Shown: positions 11,421 through 22,575 of the stretch, piece after piece | How positions within the stretch are numbered: the first letter of the stretch is position 1 | How the letters are laid out: the number at the start of each line of letters is the position of its first letter | Assembly (NCBI GenBank): GCA_964012805.1 | Contig: CAXGUD010000010.1 | Span: 1-64,000, forward strand | Direction: 5' to 3' | DNA: 64,000 bases | Origin: an uncultured Bacteriovoracaceae bacterium | GTDB lineage: Bacteria > Bdellovibrionota > Bacteriovoracia > Bacteriovoracales > Bacteriovoracaceae | Notes under the pieces: generated by a model | Told to the model about the DNA's origin: nothing | Database searches by the model: none | The model's input: only the letters and a program-made list of their open reading frames with translations | Program-made: the position numbers and the translations under genes

Positions 11421-12641
11421 ATGGGTCTTAAGTTATTTAGTTTAGAAAATGACATTAAAAATTTACACAAATTCGATAAGCTGGATAATTTAATATTTAT
11501 TATAATTAATGGAGCGGCCCTCTTATTTTCTGTTTTAAATGCTTATTCAATAGAAAAAGATTTTACAAAGCTAGCTGCTGAAATTGGATCCCTCATAATT
11601 TATCTAATTTCATCACTCTTTATCTATAAGCAAAAAGACTCAATAACCCCTAAATTGTACCGTATTTTATGCCTTTCAACCCTGACTCTGATCATAGTAA
11701 TTGATATAAAGTCTTTCCACTCGTTTCACGTATTATTTCTTTTCTTCTTAAGCCTAAATTTCAAAAAATATTTAGAAATATTATTCTATCCTATTTTATG
11801 TTTTATTATATTTATCGTTAAGCTTGAAACCTCGCTCTTTGATAAGTTTACAATCTCTCTTTTTTCTATTTTCTCTCTTGTTATTCTTATACTTGCATTA
11901 ACAGATAGAAGAGGGAAAAAAGTAAAAAAAGAAATCATGATTATGAATGAAGCGACAAAACTTGCTGCTCTTACAGAAATGAGCAATGGCGTGGCCCATG
12001 AAATTAATAATCCACTTACAATTATCGCTGGCATTATTCAAATCATGGAGATGAAGATGGAAAGTAATAAGCTAAAAGATAATGATCTAAAAAATCTTCT
12101 TGAAACAGTCTCTGCTGCAACAGAAAGGGCCAGTCATGTTGTAAGAAGCTTGGAGGAGTTTTCTCGCGATGGTAGCAAAGACCCCCTTCAAATTATATCC
12201 CTTAAAACTTTGTGTTTAGACTCAATTGATATTTTCAAAGAGAGGTGTAAAAAATTAGATATTAAAATAAAGGTTGACCACCTAAAACCTCTTTTCATTA
12301 ATTGTAAAGCTATCCAAATTATCCAAACTCTTTTTCATCTCATAAGTAACAGTCTTTTTGAAATAGTTAACTTGGAAGATAGGTGGATTGAATTTGAATC
12401 GAAGGAAGATGATACCTTAGTCTATTTAAGGCTTACTGATAGCGGCTTTGGTATTCCTCAAGAAGTAGTCAAAAATATGTTTGAACCCTTTGTCAGCCAA
12501 AAAACTGATAATCAGGAAGCAACAGGACTAGGACTTAGCATAGCTAAAATTATTTTAAGCGAACATAAAGGAGATATCTCATATGAACTTTACAGGGGTC
12601 ATACGAGTTTCCTCCTAAAGTTTCCTAAACCAAAAGTTTAA
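11421..12641 (+). CDS. Orphan membrane sensor histidine kinase
   Basis: Several TM helices, H-box AHEINNPL, G1 DSGFGI, FEPF, G2 GLGL. Confidence 0.85.
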   Translation: MGLKLFSLENDIKNLHKFDKLDNLIFIIINGAALLFSVLNAYSIEKDFTKLAAEIGSLIIYLISSLFIYKQKDSITPKLYRILCLSTLTLIIVIDIKSFHSFHVLFLFFLSLNFKKYLEILFYPILCFIIFIVKLETSLFDKFTISLFSIFSLVILILALTDRRGKKVKKEIMIMNEATKLAALTEMSNGVAHEINNPLTIIAGIIQIMEMKMESNKLKDNDLKNLLETVSAATERASHVVRSLEEFSRDGSKDPLQIISLKTLCLDSIDIFKERCKKLDIKIKVDHLKPLFINCKAIQIIQTLFHLISNSLFEIVNLEDRWIEFESKEDDTLVYLRLTDSGFGIPQEVVKNMFEPFVSQKTDNQEATGLGLSIAKIILSEHKGDISYELYRGHTSFLLKFPKPKV

Positions 12642-12646
12642 GGCCT

Positions 12647-12988
12647 TTACAGATTATCTAAAAATTTGTTTTCAGAATCAACAAGGATACACTTAGGTTC
12701 AACTGGTTTATCAGAAAAAGTAAAACCTATAATAATAACTTCCTCACCAGCTTTTATTAAATGTGCAGCAGCACCGTTCATGCAAATTTTCCCGCTTCCT
12801 CTCTCACCTTTTATAGCATAAGTTTCAAGCCTAGAACCGGATGTATTTGAAACGACAAGAACTTTCTGTCCTTCCCACAAATCAATCTTTTCCATCAAGT
12901 CTTCATCTATAGTGATGCTACCAATGTACTCAAGATTAGCTTCAGTTACTGTTGCCTTATGAATTTTGCTCTGTAAAAGTTCTCTCAT
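12647..12988 (-). CDS. panD: Aspartate 1-decarboxylase
   Basis: SKIHKATVT, YIG-SITID cleavage site, NGAAAH; ATG 12988. Confidence 0.95.
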   Translation of the reverse strand: MRELLQSKIHKATVTEANLEYIGSITIDEDLMEKIDLWEGQKVLVVSNTSGSRLETYAIKGERGSGKICMNGAAAHLIKAGEEVIIIGFTFSDKPVEPKCILVDSENKFLDNL

Positions 12989-13222
12989 TTGTCCCCAACC
13001 CACAGTTTTGTTCCTTTATAATGACACACTGGCTTTTAATACAAGAGTTACTGTAAAGCAAAAAAAAACTGCTATTCACGACGTGTTCAATAGAGTCTAT
13101 TGATTGCAGAATTTCCAATAAATAAAATTAACTATTTATGAGCTTTTTTCCTTGAAAAATATTCAGATTAAGTCTAAACAATGTAGCTTTAGAAATAGGT
13201 TTCCGTCACTTTGGAGTTAACT

Positions 13223-13486
13223 ATGTCCCTAGAAAATGAGTTTGAAGAATCTTCGAAAAAAGTTCACTCACTTAAATCAAGGCCTAGTAATGACGATTTA
13301 CTAAAGCTTTACTCACTTTATAAGCAAGGGAAGTTTGGCGACAATAATGAAAAAAAGCCTGGCATGCTTGATATAAAAGGCAGGAAAAAGCATGAAGCTT
13401 GGAATAACTTAAAAGGTATGGAGCAGGAAGAAGCTAAAAAAGAATATATCAGTTTTGTTAAACAACTTATCCAAAAAGACTCGTAG
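13223..13486 (+). CDS. Acyl-CoA-binding protein (ACBP)
   Basis: LLKLYSLYKQG, KPGMLDIKGRKKHEAW; GGAG RBS before ATG 13223. Confidence 0.92.
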   Translation: MSLENEFEESSKKVHSLKSRPSNDDLLKLYSLYKQGKFGDNNEKKPGMLDIKGRKKHEAWNNLKGMEQEEAKKEYISFVKQLIQKDS

Positions 13487-13604
13487 CAAAAACGCCTATT
13501 ACATTACTCAGTCTTTTCATTTAATTTGTACAAGAAATGATTGTCATACGATCTCATTGGTTTATCATTAATGAGCAAAGCAAACAAAAACTACAGGAAG
13601 TCTC

Positions 13605-15887
13605 ATGGATTCAAAAAAAGAAAGCTTTACTAAATTGGCACTTGATTATCATTCAAAAGGTCGTCAGGGTAAAATTGAAGTCGTACCAACTAAACCATGC
13701 ATAACGGTTGATGACCTTTCTCTTGCCTATACACCTGGGGTTGCTGAGCCATGCAAGGAAATAGCTAAAGACCCTAATAAAGCTTTTAATTATACAACAA
13801 AAGGGAACCTTGTTGCCGTTATATCCAACGGTACAGCTGTCCTTGGCCTTGGAGATATTGGACCCCTGGCAGGTAAACCTGTTATGGAGGGTAAAGGTGT
13901 TTTATTTAAAAGGTTTGCCGATATTGATGTCTTCGATATTGAGATAGACGAACCTACAGTTGACGGAATGGTGAAAATAATTAAGGCATTAGAACCAACG
14001 TTTGGTGGAATTAACCTTGAAGATATTAAAGCTCCGGAATGCTTTGAGGTCGAACAGCAGCTTATTGAAAAAATGAATATTCCAGTTTTTCACGATGACC
14101 AACATGGGACTGCTATCATTGCTTCAGCTGGCTTTTTGAATGCTGTCGAAGTCCAAAATAAAAAAATGGAAGATTTAAAAGTAGTTTTTAATGGAGCTGG
14201 AGCTGCCTCAGTAGCTTGTGCAAACCTCTTCTTTGAAATGGGTGTTAAAAGAGAAAACCTAATTATGTGCGACTCAAAAGGAGTCATCTTTAAGGGCCGA
14301 ACAGAAAGGATGAATAAGTATAAAGAAGCATTTGCCGTTGAAACTGATAGGAGAACTCTTAGTGAGGCCTTAGATGGAGCAGATGCATTTATTGGTTGCT
14401 CTGTTGCCGGAGCTGTAACAAAGGATATGGTCAAATCTATGGCCCCTAAGCCAATTATTTTTGCTATGGCAAACCCTACTCCTGAAATTTTTCCAAGTGA
14501 AGTTTTAGAAGTTAGAGATGATGCTGTTATGGCAACAGGCAGGTCTGACTTTCCAAACCAAGTCAATAATGTTTTAGGGTTTCCTTTTATTTTTAGAGGA
14601 GCACTAGACGTTCATGCAAAAAAAATAAACTTAGAGATGAAAATGGCTGCTGTAAAAGCCCTTGCTAATCTGGCAAAAGAAGAAGTTACAGATGAGGTGA
14701 GGATGGCTTATGGAAATGAACACTTTTCATTCGGACCAAATTATATAATCCCAAAACCTTTTGATAAAAGGGTTCTAACAAATGTAGCTCCCGCGGTTGC
14801 TGAAGCTGCTATAAAAAGTGGCGTAGCAAGAACTTCTCTGGATGATCTAAAAAATTATGCTAGGGATTTAAGTGGCAGACTGGATGTTTCTGCAACCTTT
14901 ATGAAATCAATTAGAGATAACCTGTCTACAAAAGTTCAAAACTTTGGAAAAAAAGTAAGAATGGTATTTGCTGCAGGTTCAAACTCAAGAGTCCTTTATA
15001 CAGTTCAATCTCTCCGCGAAGAAAACCTAATTGAACCAATCCTGATTGGAAATAAATCAAGAATTCATAAAAAAATAGACTCCCTTAATCTTGATAACTT
15101 AAAAGATATCCAAATTGTCGAACCAGAATCTCATGAATTGTTTAAAAAGTTTACAGGAGAATTCTATAAAAACAGACAAAGAAAGGGTATCAGTAAAGCA
15201 TATTCTCAAGAACTAATGTCCCAAGCGAATTATTTTGGCTCTATGCTTGTTAATGAAGGACTTGCAGATGCTCTTATAAGTGGCCCTACTCAAACTTTTC
15301 CAGAATGCTTTATTCCAGTTATGAATGTCATTGGAACAAGAGATGATTCAAAATCGACAGGAATTTTTATTCTTGTTTTTAAAGATAAAGTTCTTTTCTT
15401 AGCTGATTGTACTGCTCAAATAGATCCATCTTCTGAAGACTTAGCAGAAATTGCAAACTCTACAGCTACAATGTACAAGAAATTAATGAAAAGGGAGCCT
15501 AGGGTTGCCTTTTTGAGCTTTTCTAATTTTGGCTCGTCGAACCACCCAAAGAGTAAAAAAATTCAAGATGCTGTTAGTTTAACAAAACAACAGTCTCCTA
15601 ATTTGATTGTAGATGGGGAACTACAAGCTGATGTTGCAGTAAACAGCAGCTTACTTAAAAACCTTTTCGACTTTTCAAAATTAGATGAAGCTGCTGATAT
15701 TCTTATTTTCCCAGATTTAAACTCGGCCAACATTAGTTACAAGCTTCTTTCTCAATTGAGCGAAGTACAACCTATAGGACCAATTTTGGCTCCAATGAAT
15801 CAAGCGGTTAATATTGTACAAAGAACATCAACGGTAAGTGAAATAATTAGCATGAGCTATTTAACAGGGCTTCTGTCATTTCAGTAA
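13605..15887 (+). CDS. maeB: NADP-dependent malic enzyme fused to a phosphotransacetylase-like domain
   Basis: [25 protein letters not shown]-terminal DGELQAD PTA-like domain; 760 aa. Confidence 0.95.
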   Translation: MDSKKESFTKLALDYHSKGRQGKIEVVPTKPCITVDDLSLAYTPGVAEPCKEIAKDPNKAFNYTTKGNLVAVISNGTAVLGLGDIGPLAGKPVMEGKGVLFKRFADIDVFDIEIDEPTVDGMVKIIKALEPTFGGINLEDIKAPECFEVEQQLIEKMNIPVFHDDQHGTAIIASAGFLNAVEVQNKKMEDLKVVFNGAGAASVACANLFFEMGVKRENLIMCDSKGVIFKGRTERMNKYKEAFAVETDRRTLSEALDGADAFIGCSVAGAVTKDMVKSMAPKPIIFAMANPTPEIFPSEVLEVRDDAVMATGRSDFPNQVNNVLGFPFIFRGALDVHAKKINLEMKMAAVKALANLAKEEVTDEVRMAYGNEHFSFGPNYIIPKPFDKRVLTNVAPAVAEAAIKSGVARTSLDDLKNYARDLSGRLDVSATFMKSIRDNLSTKVQNFGKKVRMVFAAGSNSRVLYTVQSLREENLIEPILIGNKSRIHKKIDSLNLDNLKDIQIVEPESHELFKKFTGEFYKNRQRKGISKAYSQELMSQANYFGSMLVNEGLADALISGPTQTFPECFIPVMNVIGTRDDSKSTGIFILVFKDKVLFLADCTAQIDPSSEDLAEIANSTATMYKKLMKREPRVAFLSFSNFGSSNHPKSKKIQDAVSLTKQQSPNLIVDGELQADVAVNSSLLKNLFDFSKLDEAADILIFPDLNSANISYKLLSQLSEVQPIGPILAPMNQAVNIVQRTSTVSEIISMSYLTGLLSFQ

Positions 15888-15911
15888 TTTCTTTTAAAAA
15901 CTGGAGCCATT

Positions 15912-16307
15912 ATGAGAAAAAATTGTAAGGTAATCAATACAAGTCATGCCCCTGAGGCAATAGGAACCTATTCGCAAGGAATCCATCTAGGAAATATCAT
16001 TTACTTTTCGGGCCAGATCGGTCTAAATCCATCCTCAATGGAACTCGAAACAAAATTTGAAGACCAATTGGCACAAACTCTATCAAATATTAAAGGTTTG
16101 TTGGAATCTGAGGGGTTGAATACTAATCATATTATAAAAACAACGATATTTTTAACAGACCTTTCCGAATTTCCTAAAGTTAATAAAGCCTATGAGGAAT
16201 TTTTTTCAAAGCCTTTTCCGGCCAGGAGCTGTGTTGAAGTTAGTGCTCTTCCAAAGGAAGCCCAAATTGAAATAGAGGTTATAGCAGCTAAAGATGGACC
16301 TATTTAA
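15912..16307 (+). CDS. RidA/YjgF family enamine deaminase
   Basis: APEAIGTYSQ, SGQIG, PARSCVEVSALP. Confidence 0.92.
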   Translation: MRKNCKVINTSHAPEAIGTYSQGIHLGNIIYFSGQIGLNPSSMELETKFEDQLAQTLSNIKGLLESEGLNTNHIIKTTIFLTDLSEFPKVNKAYEEFFSKPFPARSCVEVSALPKEAQIEIEVIAAKDGPI

Positions 16308-16932
16308 GAAAAAAAGAAATTATAAGAGGCTTTTTCTCACAATTTTTGCTTCGGTGACTATCCTTTATGCGACTCTTGGTCTTTACTTCCTCCACACTTC
16401 ACACACTGAAGAGCAAAAAACAAGAAAAGCTTTTTTTCAAAATTCACCCAACTTGATTGCTGTATTCACAGGGGATACAGGTCGTATACCTTTTGCTTTA
16501 AAAACAGCAAAAAGCTTTAATTTTCCACCGCTATTTATAACAGGAGTTTCATCCAAACTCGCAACAAAAAAAATCCTTCATTCTCTTGAAAAGAAAAATC
16601 TCAAAAACTTTTCTAAAGTAAAGTTTGATTATCAGGCAAAAAATACACTAGAAAATGTAATCTATACACTTTCCTTTGCCAGAAAAAATAAAAACTATAA
16701 AAGGATTCTCATTATTTCTCATGATTATCATATCTTAAGAATTAAGCACATTATCGAAAAGATGACATCTAAGCAGATTGTACCCGAATTTTACTATTTT
16801 GGAATTTCTAAAAATTATTTTAACTTTAGAAATTTAAAAATACTCTTTAAAGAAGTTTATAAGGTGGTTCGAACGTATGCGTTTCTCTCTCTGTGGGAAC
16901 AAGAATTAACTCAGCCAATTCCTCTGAATTAA
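16294..16932 (+). CDS. YdcF/DUF218 (ElyC/SanA-like) protein
   Basis: N-terminal TM helix, VFTGDTGRI, NTLEN, SHDYHILR. Confidence 0.75.
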   Translation: MDLFKKKRNYKRLFLTIFASVTILYATLGLYFLHTSHTEEQKTRKAFFQNSPNLIAVFTGDTGRIPFALKTAKSFNFPPLFITGVSSKLATKKILHSLEKKNLKNFSKVKFDYQAKNTLENVIYTLSFARKNKNYKRILIISHDYHILRIKHIIEKMTSKQIVPEFYYFGISKNYFNFRNLKILFKEVYKVVRTYAFLSLWEQELTQPIPLN

Positions 16933-19127
16933 ATTCTATGGACACTTATGACTTCACTAAGTCCTTCAATACAACCAATTACTTTAAGTAATTCACTATA
17001 ATCTTTAACTTCTATTTCAAAAATGAAGCTTCCCTTTTTATCAAGAAGGCTTTTTGCCATCGCGCTTTTTATATTGATTCCAATATTGTTAATACTTTTT
17101 GAAATTTGGGATAAAATTCCAGGCTTATCATGTGTGATAACTTTTATATTCACTGGGTGTCTAAACTTAAATTCTTCATTCCAATCTGCGGGAATACATC
17201 TATCCACAGAGACTTTATCAATAACGTTACACTTTTTCATATGAACAGTTATTCCTCTTCCTCTGGTAACAAAACCAATGATCGGATCACCTGGAATTGG
17301 ATTACAGCATTTTGCAACACGGATCATAAGATCATCCATCCCATCAACAATTATTGCATTATCCTTATTTGACTTCTTTTTAACAGATCTACTTAGCTTT
17401 CTAGAAAAGGTTGTTATTTCTTCTATCTTATCTTCAAAATTCTCATCAACGACTTTATCTTTTATTGAAGGAATGGATTTTAAAATAGTCTTCGTTTGTA
17501 AGCGACCTGACCCAATTGAAATAAAAAGCTCATCATCACTTTTCAATTTAAATTCTCTAATGATCCTTTCAATATCTCCATTTTTAACTAATGCTTTTAT
17601 TGATGTTGAAAATACTTTTAAAGATTTTTCAAAGACTTCTTGACCTAATTCTCTATGTTTTGCTCTTTCAACTTTATGAAGCCATTGCTTGATTCGAGAC
17701 TGGGCCCTCCCAGTTTTAGCAATTTTTAACCAATCCTTTGAAGGCGTTTGCGTCTTTGAAGTTAGAATCTCAACAGAATCACCAGATTTAAGGGTATATT
17801 TAAGAGGAACCATTTTGGAATTAACTTTGGCCCCTACGCAATGATTACCAACTTCGGTGTGTATTGCATAAGCAAAGTCTAGAGGCGTAGCTCCATACCT
17901 TAATTCTCGAACATCACCCTTTGGAGTGAAAATAAAAATTCCACCTGAATCTAAATCTGACTTGACCGCTTCCATAAATTCACTAGAGCTTTCAACATTT
18001 TTATTAAACTCTAATAACTCTTCTACCCACTGAAGCTGACTTTTCGTAGACCCGCTAACAAGTCCCTCTTTATATTTCCAATGAGCTGCAACCCCAGTCT
18101 CGGCAACCTCATCCATATCATGCGTTCTAATTTGAATCTCAATTCTTTCAGCACCAGGACCAATAACAGTTGTGTGAAGACTTTGATAGTTATTGACTTT
18201 TGGAATAGCAATATAATCCTTAAAACGACCTGGAATTGGAATAAATGAAGAATGTATAATACCTAAGGCTTTGTAACATTCAGTTATATTACTAACAATC
18301 AATCTAAAAGCGAGGATGTCCTGAATCTGTTCGAAATCAACACCTCTAGAAATCATCTTTTTATAAATAGAATAAAAGTGCTTAGGTCGTCCTCTTACCT
18401 CTACTTTTAGAGAGTAACTAAGAAGCTTTTCCACCATCTCATCTTTAACAGACTTAATATAAAGCTCTCTCTCGGACTTTTTCATTGCCACTTTTTCGGC
18501 AAGTTTATAGTAAGTTTCAGGCTTTAAAAACCTTAGGCATAAATCTTCAAGTTCAGCTTTAACAGAATTGATTCCAAGCCGACTCGCCAGAGGCACATAT
18601 ATATCAAGTGTCTCTTGTGCTATCTTCTTTTGCTTTTCATCTGAAACATATTGAAGAGTCCTCATATTATGCATTCTATCGGCCAATTTGACGATAATAA
18701 CTCTCAGGTCCTTGGCCATAGCAACAACCATTTTTCTGAAGTTTTCCGCCTGAGACTCTTCTTTAGTTTTAAATTTAATTTTTGATATTTTTGTTAAACC
18801 GACAACTACCTGAGAGATAGACTCCGAGAACTCCTTTTCAATATCCTCTGGAGTAACATCACAGTCTTCTATAGTATCGTGAAGAAGGCCCGCAATAATA
18901 CTATCCAAATCCATTCTCAGCTTTATCAGAGTGCTGGCCACATTTAGTGGGTGGGTTATATAACTCTCTCCAGAACTCCTCTTTTGGCCTTTATGGGCCC
19001 TATCAGCAAAGTGGAATGCCTTTCTAAGCATAACAAAATCTGCATCAGGATAATAAGCTTGAACCCTTCTAACAAGGTCTTCTACTTTTACATCTCTTTC
19101 GTGAGAAAAATCTAACGGTCGATGCAA
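16929..19127 (-). CDS. spoT: Bifunctional (p)ppGpp synthetase/hydrolase (long RSH)
   Basis: HD motif LLHDTIED, KLADRMHN, KDYIAIPK, YQSLHT, TGS and ACT domains; TTG start. Confidence 0.95.
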   Translation of the reverse strand: MHRPLDFSHERDVKVEDLVRRVQAYYPDADFVMLRKAFHFADRAHKGQKRSSGESYITHPLNVASTLIKLRMDLDSIIAGLLHDTIEDCDVTPEDIEKEFSESISQVVVGLTKISKIKFKTKEESQAENFRKMVVAMAKDLRVIIVKLADRMHNMRTLQYVSDEKQKKIAQETLDIYVPLASRLGINSVKAELEDLCLRFLKPETYYKLAEKVAMKKSERELYIKSVKDEMVEKLLSYSLKVEVRGRPKHFYSIYKKMISRGVDFEQIQDILAFRLIVSNITECYKALGIIHSSFIPIPGRFKDYIAIPKVNNYQSLHTTVIGPGAERIEIQIRTHDMDEVAETGVAAHWKYKEGLVSGSTKSQLQWVEELLEFNKNVESSSEFMEAVKSDLDSGGIFIFTPKGDVRELRYGATPLDFAYAIHTEVGNHCVGAKVNSKMVPLKYTLKSGDSVEILTSKTQTPSKDWLKIAKTGRAQSRIKQWLHKVERAKHRELGQEVFEKSLKVFSTSIKALVKNGDIERIIREFKLKSDDELFISIGSGRLQTKTILKSIPSIKDKVVDENFEDKIEEITTFSRKLSRSVKKKSNKDNAIIVDGMDDLMIRVAKCCNPIPGDPIIGFVTRGRGITVHMKKCNVIDKVSVDRCIPADWNEEFKFRHPVNIKVITHDKPGILSQISKSINNIGINIKSAMAKSLLDKKGSFIFEIEVKDYSELLKVIGCIEGLSEVISVHRI

Positions 19128-19128
19128 A

Positions 19129-19704
19129 CTAAACTCCTAAAACTTTTCCAACAATTTCTTTTAATCTCGCGTAAGAAGACTCAAATTCATCATTTACTAA
19201 ACAATAATCATAATCGTTTTTTCTGAGAATTTCCTTCTCAGCATTATTTAAACGCCTTTTAATTACTTCATCCTTGTCTGTTGCTCTTCCACGGAGCCTC
19301 TTCTCTAAATCTTCCAGGGAAGGTGGCGCAATAAAAATAATGTTGGCCTTCTTCCCAAAGTAATCCTTAAAGCTGTCAGCACCTTGAACGTCAAGGTCAA
19401 AAATAAGACTTTGACCCTTTTTCAAGGCCATATCAATAAATTCTTTAGAAGTCCCATAATAATTGCTATGTACTTCTGCCCACTCGATAAAAACTCCCAT
19501 TTCAATCATTTGTTTAAAGGACTCAACTTCAGTAAAAAAGTAATGGGTCCCATCAACTTCACCTTCTCTTGGAGGCCTTGTTGTGTGTGAAACAGACTCC
19601 ACAAGACCAGGAAAATCCACTTTTAAACGACTTATAAGGCTTGATTTGCCCGTTCCTGAGGGAGCTACTATAACGACAATTTTCCCCCTTTCAATATCTG
19701 CCAA
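19129..19704 (-). CDS. gmk: Guanylate kinase
   Basis: APSGTGKS, SHTTRPPREGEVDG. Confidence 0.96.
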   Translation of the reverse strand: MADIERGKIVVIVAPSGTGKSSLISRLKVDFPGLVESVSHTTRPPREGEVDGTHYFFTEVESFKQMIEMGVFIEWAEVHSNYYGTSKEFIDMALKKGQSLIFDLDVQGADSFKDYFGKKANIIFIAPPSLEDLEKRLRGRATDKDEVIKRRLNNAEKEILRKNDYDYCLVNDEFESSYARLKEIVGKVLGV

Positions 19705-19722
19705 ACTGATCCCCTTTCTATT

Positions 19723-20604
19723 TTACTCCAGATTAAGAGCTTGTTCCCTTATTTTTTCGAGTTGAACCTTCATTTGTATAACAGCTTGGCTTACTTCTTC
19801 TAAGACTGATTTAGAGCCTATTGTGTTAACTTCTCTGCCTAGCTCTTGGATGAAAAACTCTAACTTCCTTCCAACCTCTCCACCATTTTTCAGCATTTCA
19901 TCAAGCTTTTCCAGGTGGCTCTTCAACCTATCTACTTCTTCAGAAACATCTAACTTCTCTAGAGTGTAAATGACCTCCTGCATAAATCGACTCTCATCAA
20001 TTTTATAATCCTTTGAAAACTCTTTTTCAAATTTTTCTCGGAACTTATTCTTAACAGGGGTAGAAAAGTCGTGAACTTTTTTTTCAATTTCTTCTAAGTA
20101 GGATTTAAAAGAGTTTAGGTGATCTCCAATAACCTTGATCATCCTTTCACCCTCTTGAATCCTTGTTTCTTTTAATAAATCAAGGGCCTTTGAGAAGGTA
20201 GAAAAAACTAGTTCCTTAACAATTTCTATTTCTTTTTCATTATCCTGATCTTGAAAGAATTCACTTCTCAAAAAGTCAGTGGCTTGAAAAGAAAAACTAG
20301 ATGAAGAATCATTCTCTATTTCTTTCATATCCTTAATAAAGCTCTTCACTTTTTCTTTATCTATATGTGCAAAGGAATTCTCTTTGGAAACTTTTCTTAG
20401 ATTAAAATATAAATCAAAGCTACCTCTTTTAAAAACTTCTCCTAATTGCTTTTTAAGGGAATTCTCAAAACTACTTAAAATAAATGGTGCCTTAAACCTA
20501 ATGTCTCGAAACCGATGATTCACACTTTTCATTTCTACAGTTAGAGAATAGGAATCATTATTGCTTTCTGACCTGCCGAAGCCGGTCATAGATTGGAAAG
20601 ACAT
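19723..20604 (-). CDS. yicC: YicC/YloC family endoribonuclease
   Basis: SMTGFGR, KSVNHRF, GRKLEFFIQELGREVNTIGSK, EKIREQALNLE. Confidence 0.93.
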   Translation of the reverse strand: MSFQSMTGFGRSESNNDSYSLTVEMKSVNHRFRDIRFKAPFILSSFENSLKKQLGEVFKRGSFDLYFNLRKVSKENSFAHIDKEKVKSFIKDMKEIENDSSSSFSFQATDFLRSEFFQDQDNEKEIEIVKELVFSTFSKALDLLKETRIQEGERMIKVIGDHLNSFKSYLEEIEKKVHDFSTPVKNKFREKFEKEFSKDYKIDESRFMQEVIYTLEKLDVSEEVDRLKSHLEKLDEMLKNGGEVGRKLEFFIQELGREVNTIGSKSVLEEVSQAVIQMKVQLEKIREQALNLE

Positions 20605-20664
20605 TCGATAAACCTCTCAATTTTTAAATTAAATGATTAAAGAAGGAATCTTTTCTTTGAATCC

Positions 20665-21657
20665 TTAATGAGAATCAAAGGCCACCTGGCAAATTGTTTC
20701 GTTACCCATGTTTCTGAACTTTTTAAATCTAGATTCTGTAAGTTCCTTCGTTCCTATACCAGCTAAGGAATCCAACTCTTTTGATAACCTTTTTTTCATA
20801 GTCTCAAAAACCTTTTGGTGATCCCTATGAGCTCCACCAATCGGCTCTTCAATAGTTCCGTCAATAACACCTAATTCCTGTGCTTTTGATGGGGAGAGCT
20901 TTAAAGCTTTAGATGCGGTTTCTCCCTTTTTTGGATCTGCCCAGAGGATAGATGCACAAGATTCTGGAGAAATAACGGAATAGATAGAGTACTCCATCAT
21001 CAAAACTTTATCAGCAATTGCTATACCCAAAGCACCTCCTGATCCACCCTCGCCGATAATGACTGAGACAATAGGTACTTTTATATCAAACATCTCAGCC
21101 AAATTCTCGGCTATGGCCGAGGCCTGACCACGCTCTTCAGCTCCAATTCCTGGATAAGCACCTGGCGTATCAACAAAAGAAATAATTGGGATGTTGAATT
21201 GATCTGCAAGCTTCATAATTCGAATTGCTTTTCTATATCCCTCAGGTCTTGGCATTCCAAAGTTTCTATGGACTTTGTCCTTAGTTTTCCTTCCTTTTTC
21301 AATTCCTAAAACAGCAACTTTTCTACCATCTAAGTAAGCAAAGCCAACTATAATTGAAGGATCATCAGCAAACTTTCTATCCCCATGGAGTTCATGAAAA
21401 TCACTGAGAACCTCCTTAATATAATCAGAAGCATGAGGTCTATTTGGGTGCCTTGAAAGCTGAACTCTTTCCCATGGAGATAGATTTCCATAAATTTCAG
21501 TAATTAATTTATCTACCTTTTTTTGAAGAGCACCTACTTCAGAAGACAAATCTAAGTGAGGCTTCCCAGAAACCCCTCTCAAATCTTGTATTTGATTTTC
21601 CAATTCCCTTACAGGTCTCTCAAAATCTAAAGTGTAATTTCCAGTATGAACGCCCAT
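20665..21657 (-). CDS. accA: Acetyl-CoA carboxylase carboxyltransferase alpha subunit
   Basis: LSRHPNRP, FGMPRPEGYRKA, DTPGAYPG, GEGGSGGA. Confidence 0.97.
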   Translation of the reverse strand: MGVHTGNYTLDFERPVRELENQIQDLRGVSGKPHLDLSSEVGALQKKVDKLITEIYGNLSPWERVQLSRHPNRPHASDYIKEVLSDFHELHGDRKFADDPSIIVGFAYLDGRKVAVLGIEKGRKTKDKVHRNFGMPRPEGYRKAIRIMKLADQFNIPIISFVDTPGAYPGIGAEERGQASAIAENLAEMFDIKVPIVSVIIGEGGSGGALGIAIADKVLMMEYSIYSVISPESCASILWADPKKGETASKALKLSPSKAQELGVIDGTIEEPIGGAHRDHQKVFETMKKRLSKELDSLAGIGTKELTESRFKKFRNMGNETICQVAFDSH

Positions 21658-21786
21658 TTATTACCTCTCACGATGACCTGTCCTTGATGGCCAACTTTTT
21701 GATTACAATAGATCAAAAATGTACATGATTGTCCAAATTAGACTAAAAGGTCAACATAAGACTAAAGAGAAAAATGTCAAATTTAA

Positions 21787-22440
21787 CTAAAAATCCCAAC
21801 CTTGGACAATTCCAGATTCAAAAAAGACATTTTTTCTTGACCTGCCGTGATAAAAAGTCCATTTCTCGTTCTGCATCTGAGGGTTTCCTGCATATTCCAC
21901 CCTTTCAGGAGATCCCCAAGACCTCCTAACCGCGCCCTTTGTCATACCAACAAAGAGCTGCCTTTTTTTAATCGCCCTTCTTTCCAAGCTAGAGTAGCCT
22001 GTATCCTTAAAATCCAGCCTTCTCAAATCTCCTCTCTTTCTAGATAAATAACCTAAGCGGTCTTCTATAGGAAGGTTGAGGTAATATATTCTTTCTGAGT
22101 CACTATCAAACAACTCCCCATTATTTCTATAGCGCCTGGATTCTTTTTTGCTTAGCCGCCTTTCCTTATAGTCGAGCTCTTTTGATAGATAGTCATTTAA
22201 CTCTCGTTTTTGACGTTTTTTATGAGTTAGAGGTGTTCTTCTTCCAATCTCTCTCCTAGAACGAAATTGTTTTCCTGAATCTCCAGGGACAACTTCAAAG
22301 TCCTTCCTTGGAACAAAAAAACCTTCCTTAACCTCATCCATTTCTTTCAAAAAAGTTCTTTGATGAAGCCAACTAGAACAACTTGTACTGATAAAAACGA
22401 TTATGCATATAATAAAATTGCTTCTGAGACTTAAGAGCAT
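21787..22440 (-). CDS. Basic lipoprotein with C-terminal SmpA/BamE-like domain
   Basis: Lipobox ISTS-C; GMTKGAVRRSWGSP...EKWTFY. Confidence 0.7.
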   Translation of the reverse strand: MLLSLRSNFIICIIVFISTSCSSWLHQRTFLKEMDEVKEGFFVPRKDFEVVPGDSGKQFRSRREIGRRTPLTHKKRQKRELNDYLSKELDYKERRLSKKESRRYRNNGELFDSDSERIYYLNLPIEDRLGYLSRKRGDLRRLDFKDTGYSSLERRAIKKRQLFVGMTKGAVRRSWGSPERVEYAGNPQMQNEKWTFYHGRSRKNVFFESGIVQGWDF

Positions 22441-22473
22441 TTTTTGAAGTCCTAGTTAAGATGACAATCTTTT

Positions 22474-22500
22474 TTATCGGAAACACAAGGTAATCATGAA
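22474..22500 (-). promoter_or_regulatory. sigma28/FliA-type promoter (weak -35)
   Basis: Minus strand TTCA-N15-TCCGATAA, 34 nt upstream of ATG 22440. Confidence 0.5.
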
Positions 22501-22575
22501 TAAAAGAAGGTGCTGAAAAGTCATTGGGTACTTTTTTCCAATAAACATAAGGGAAACTAATTAAAATACATCTAA

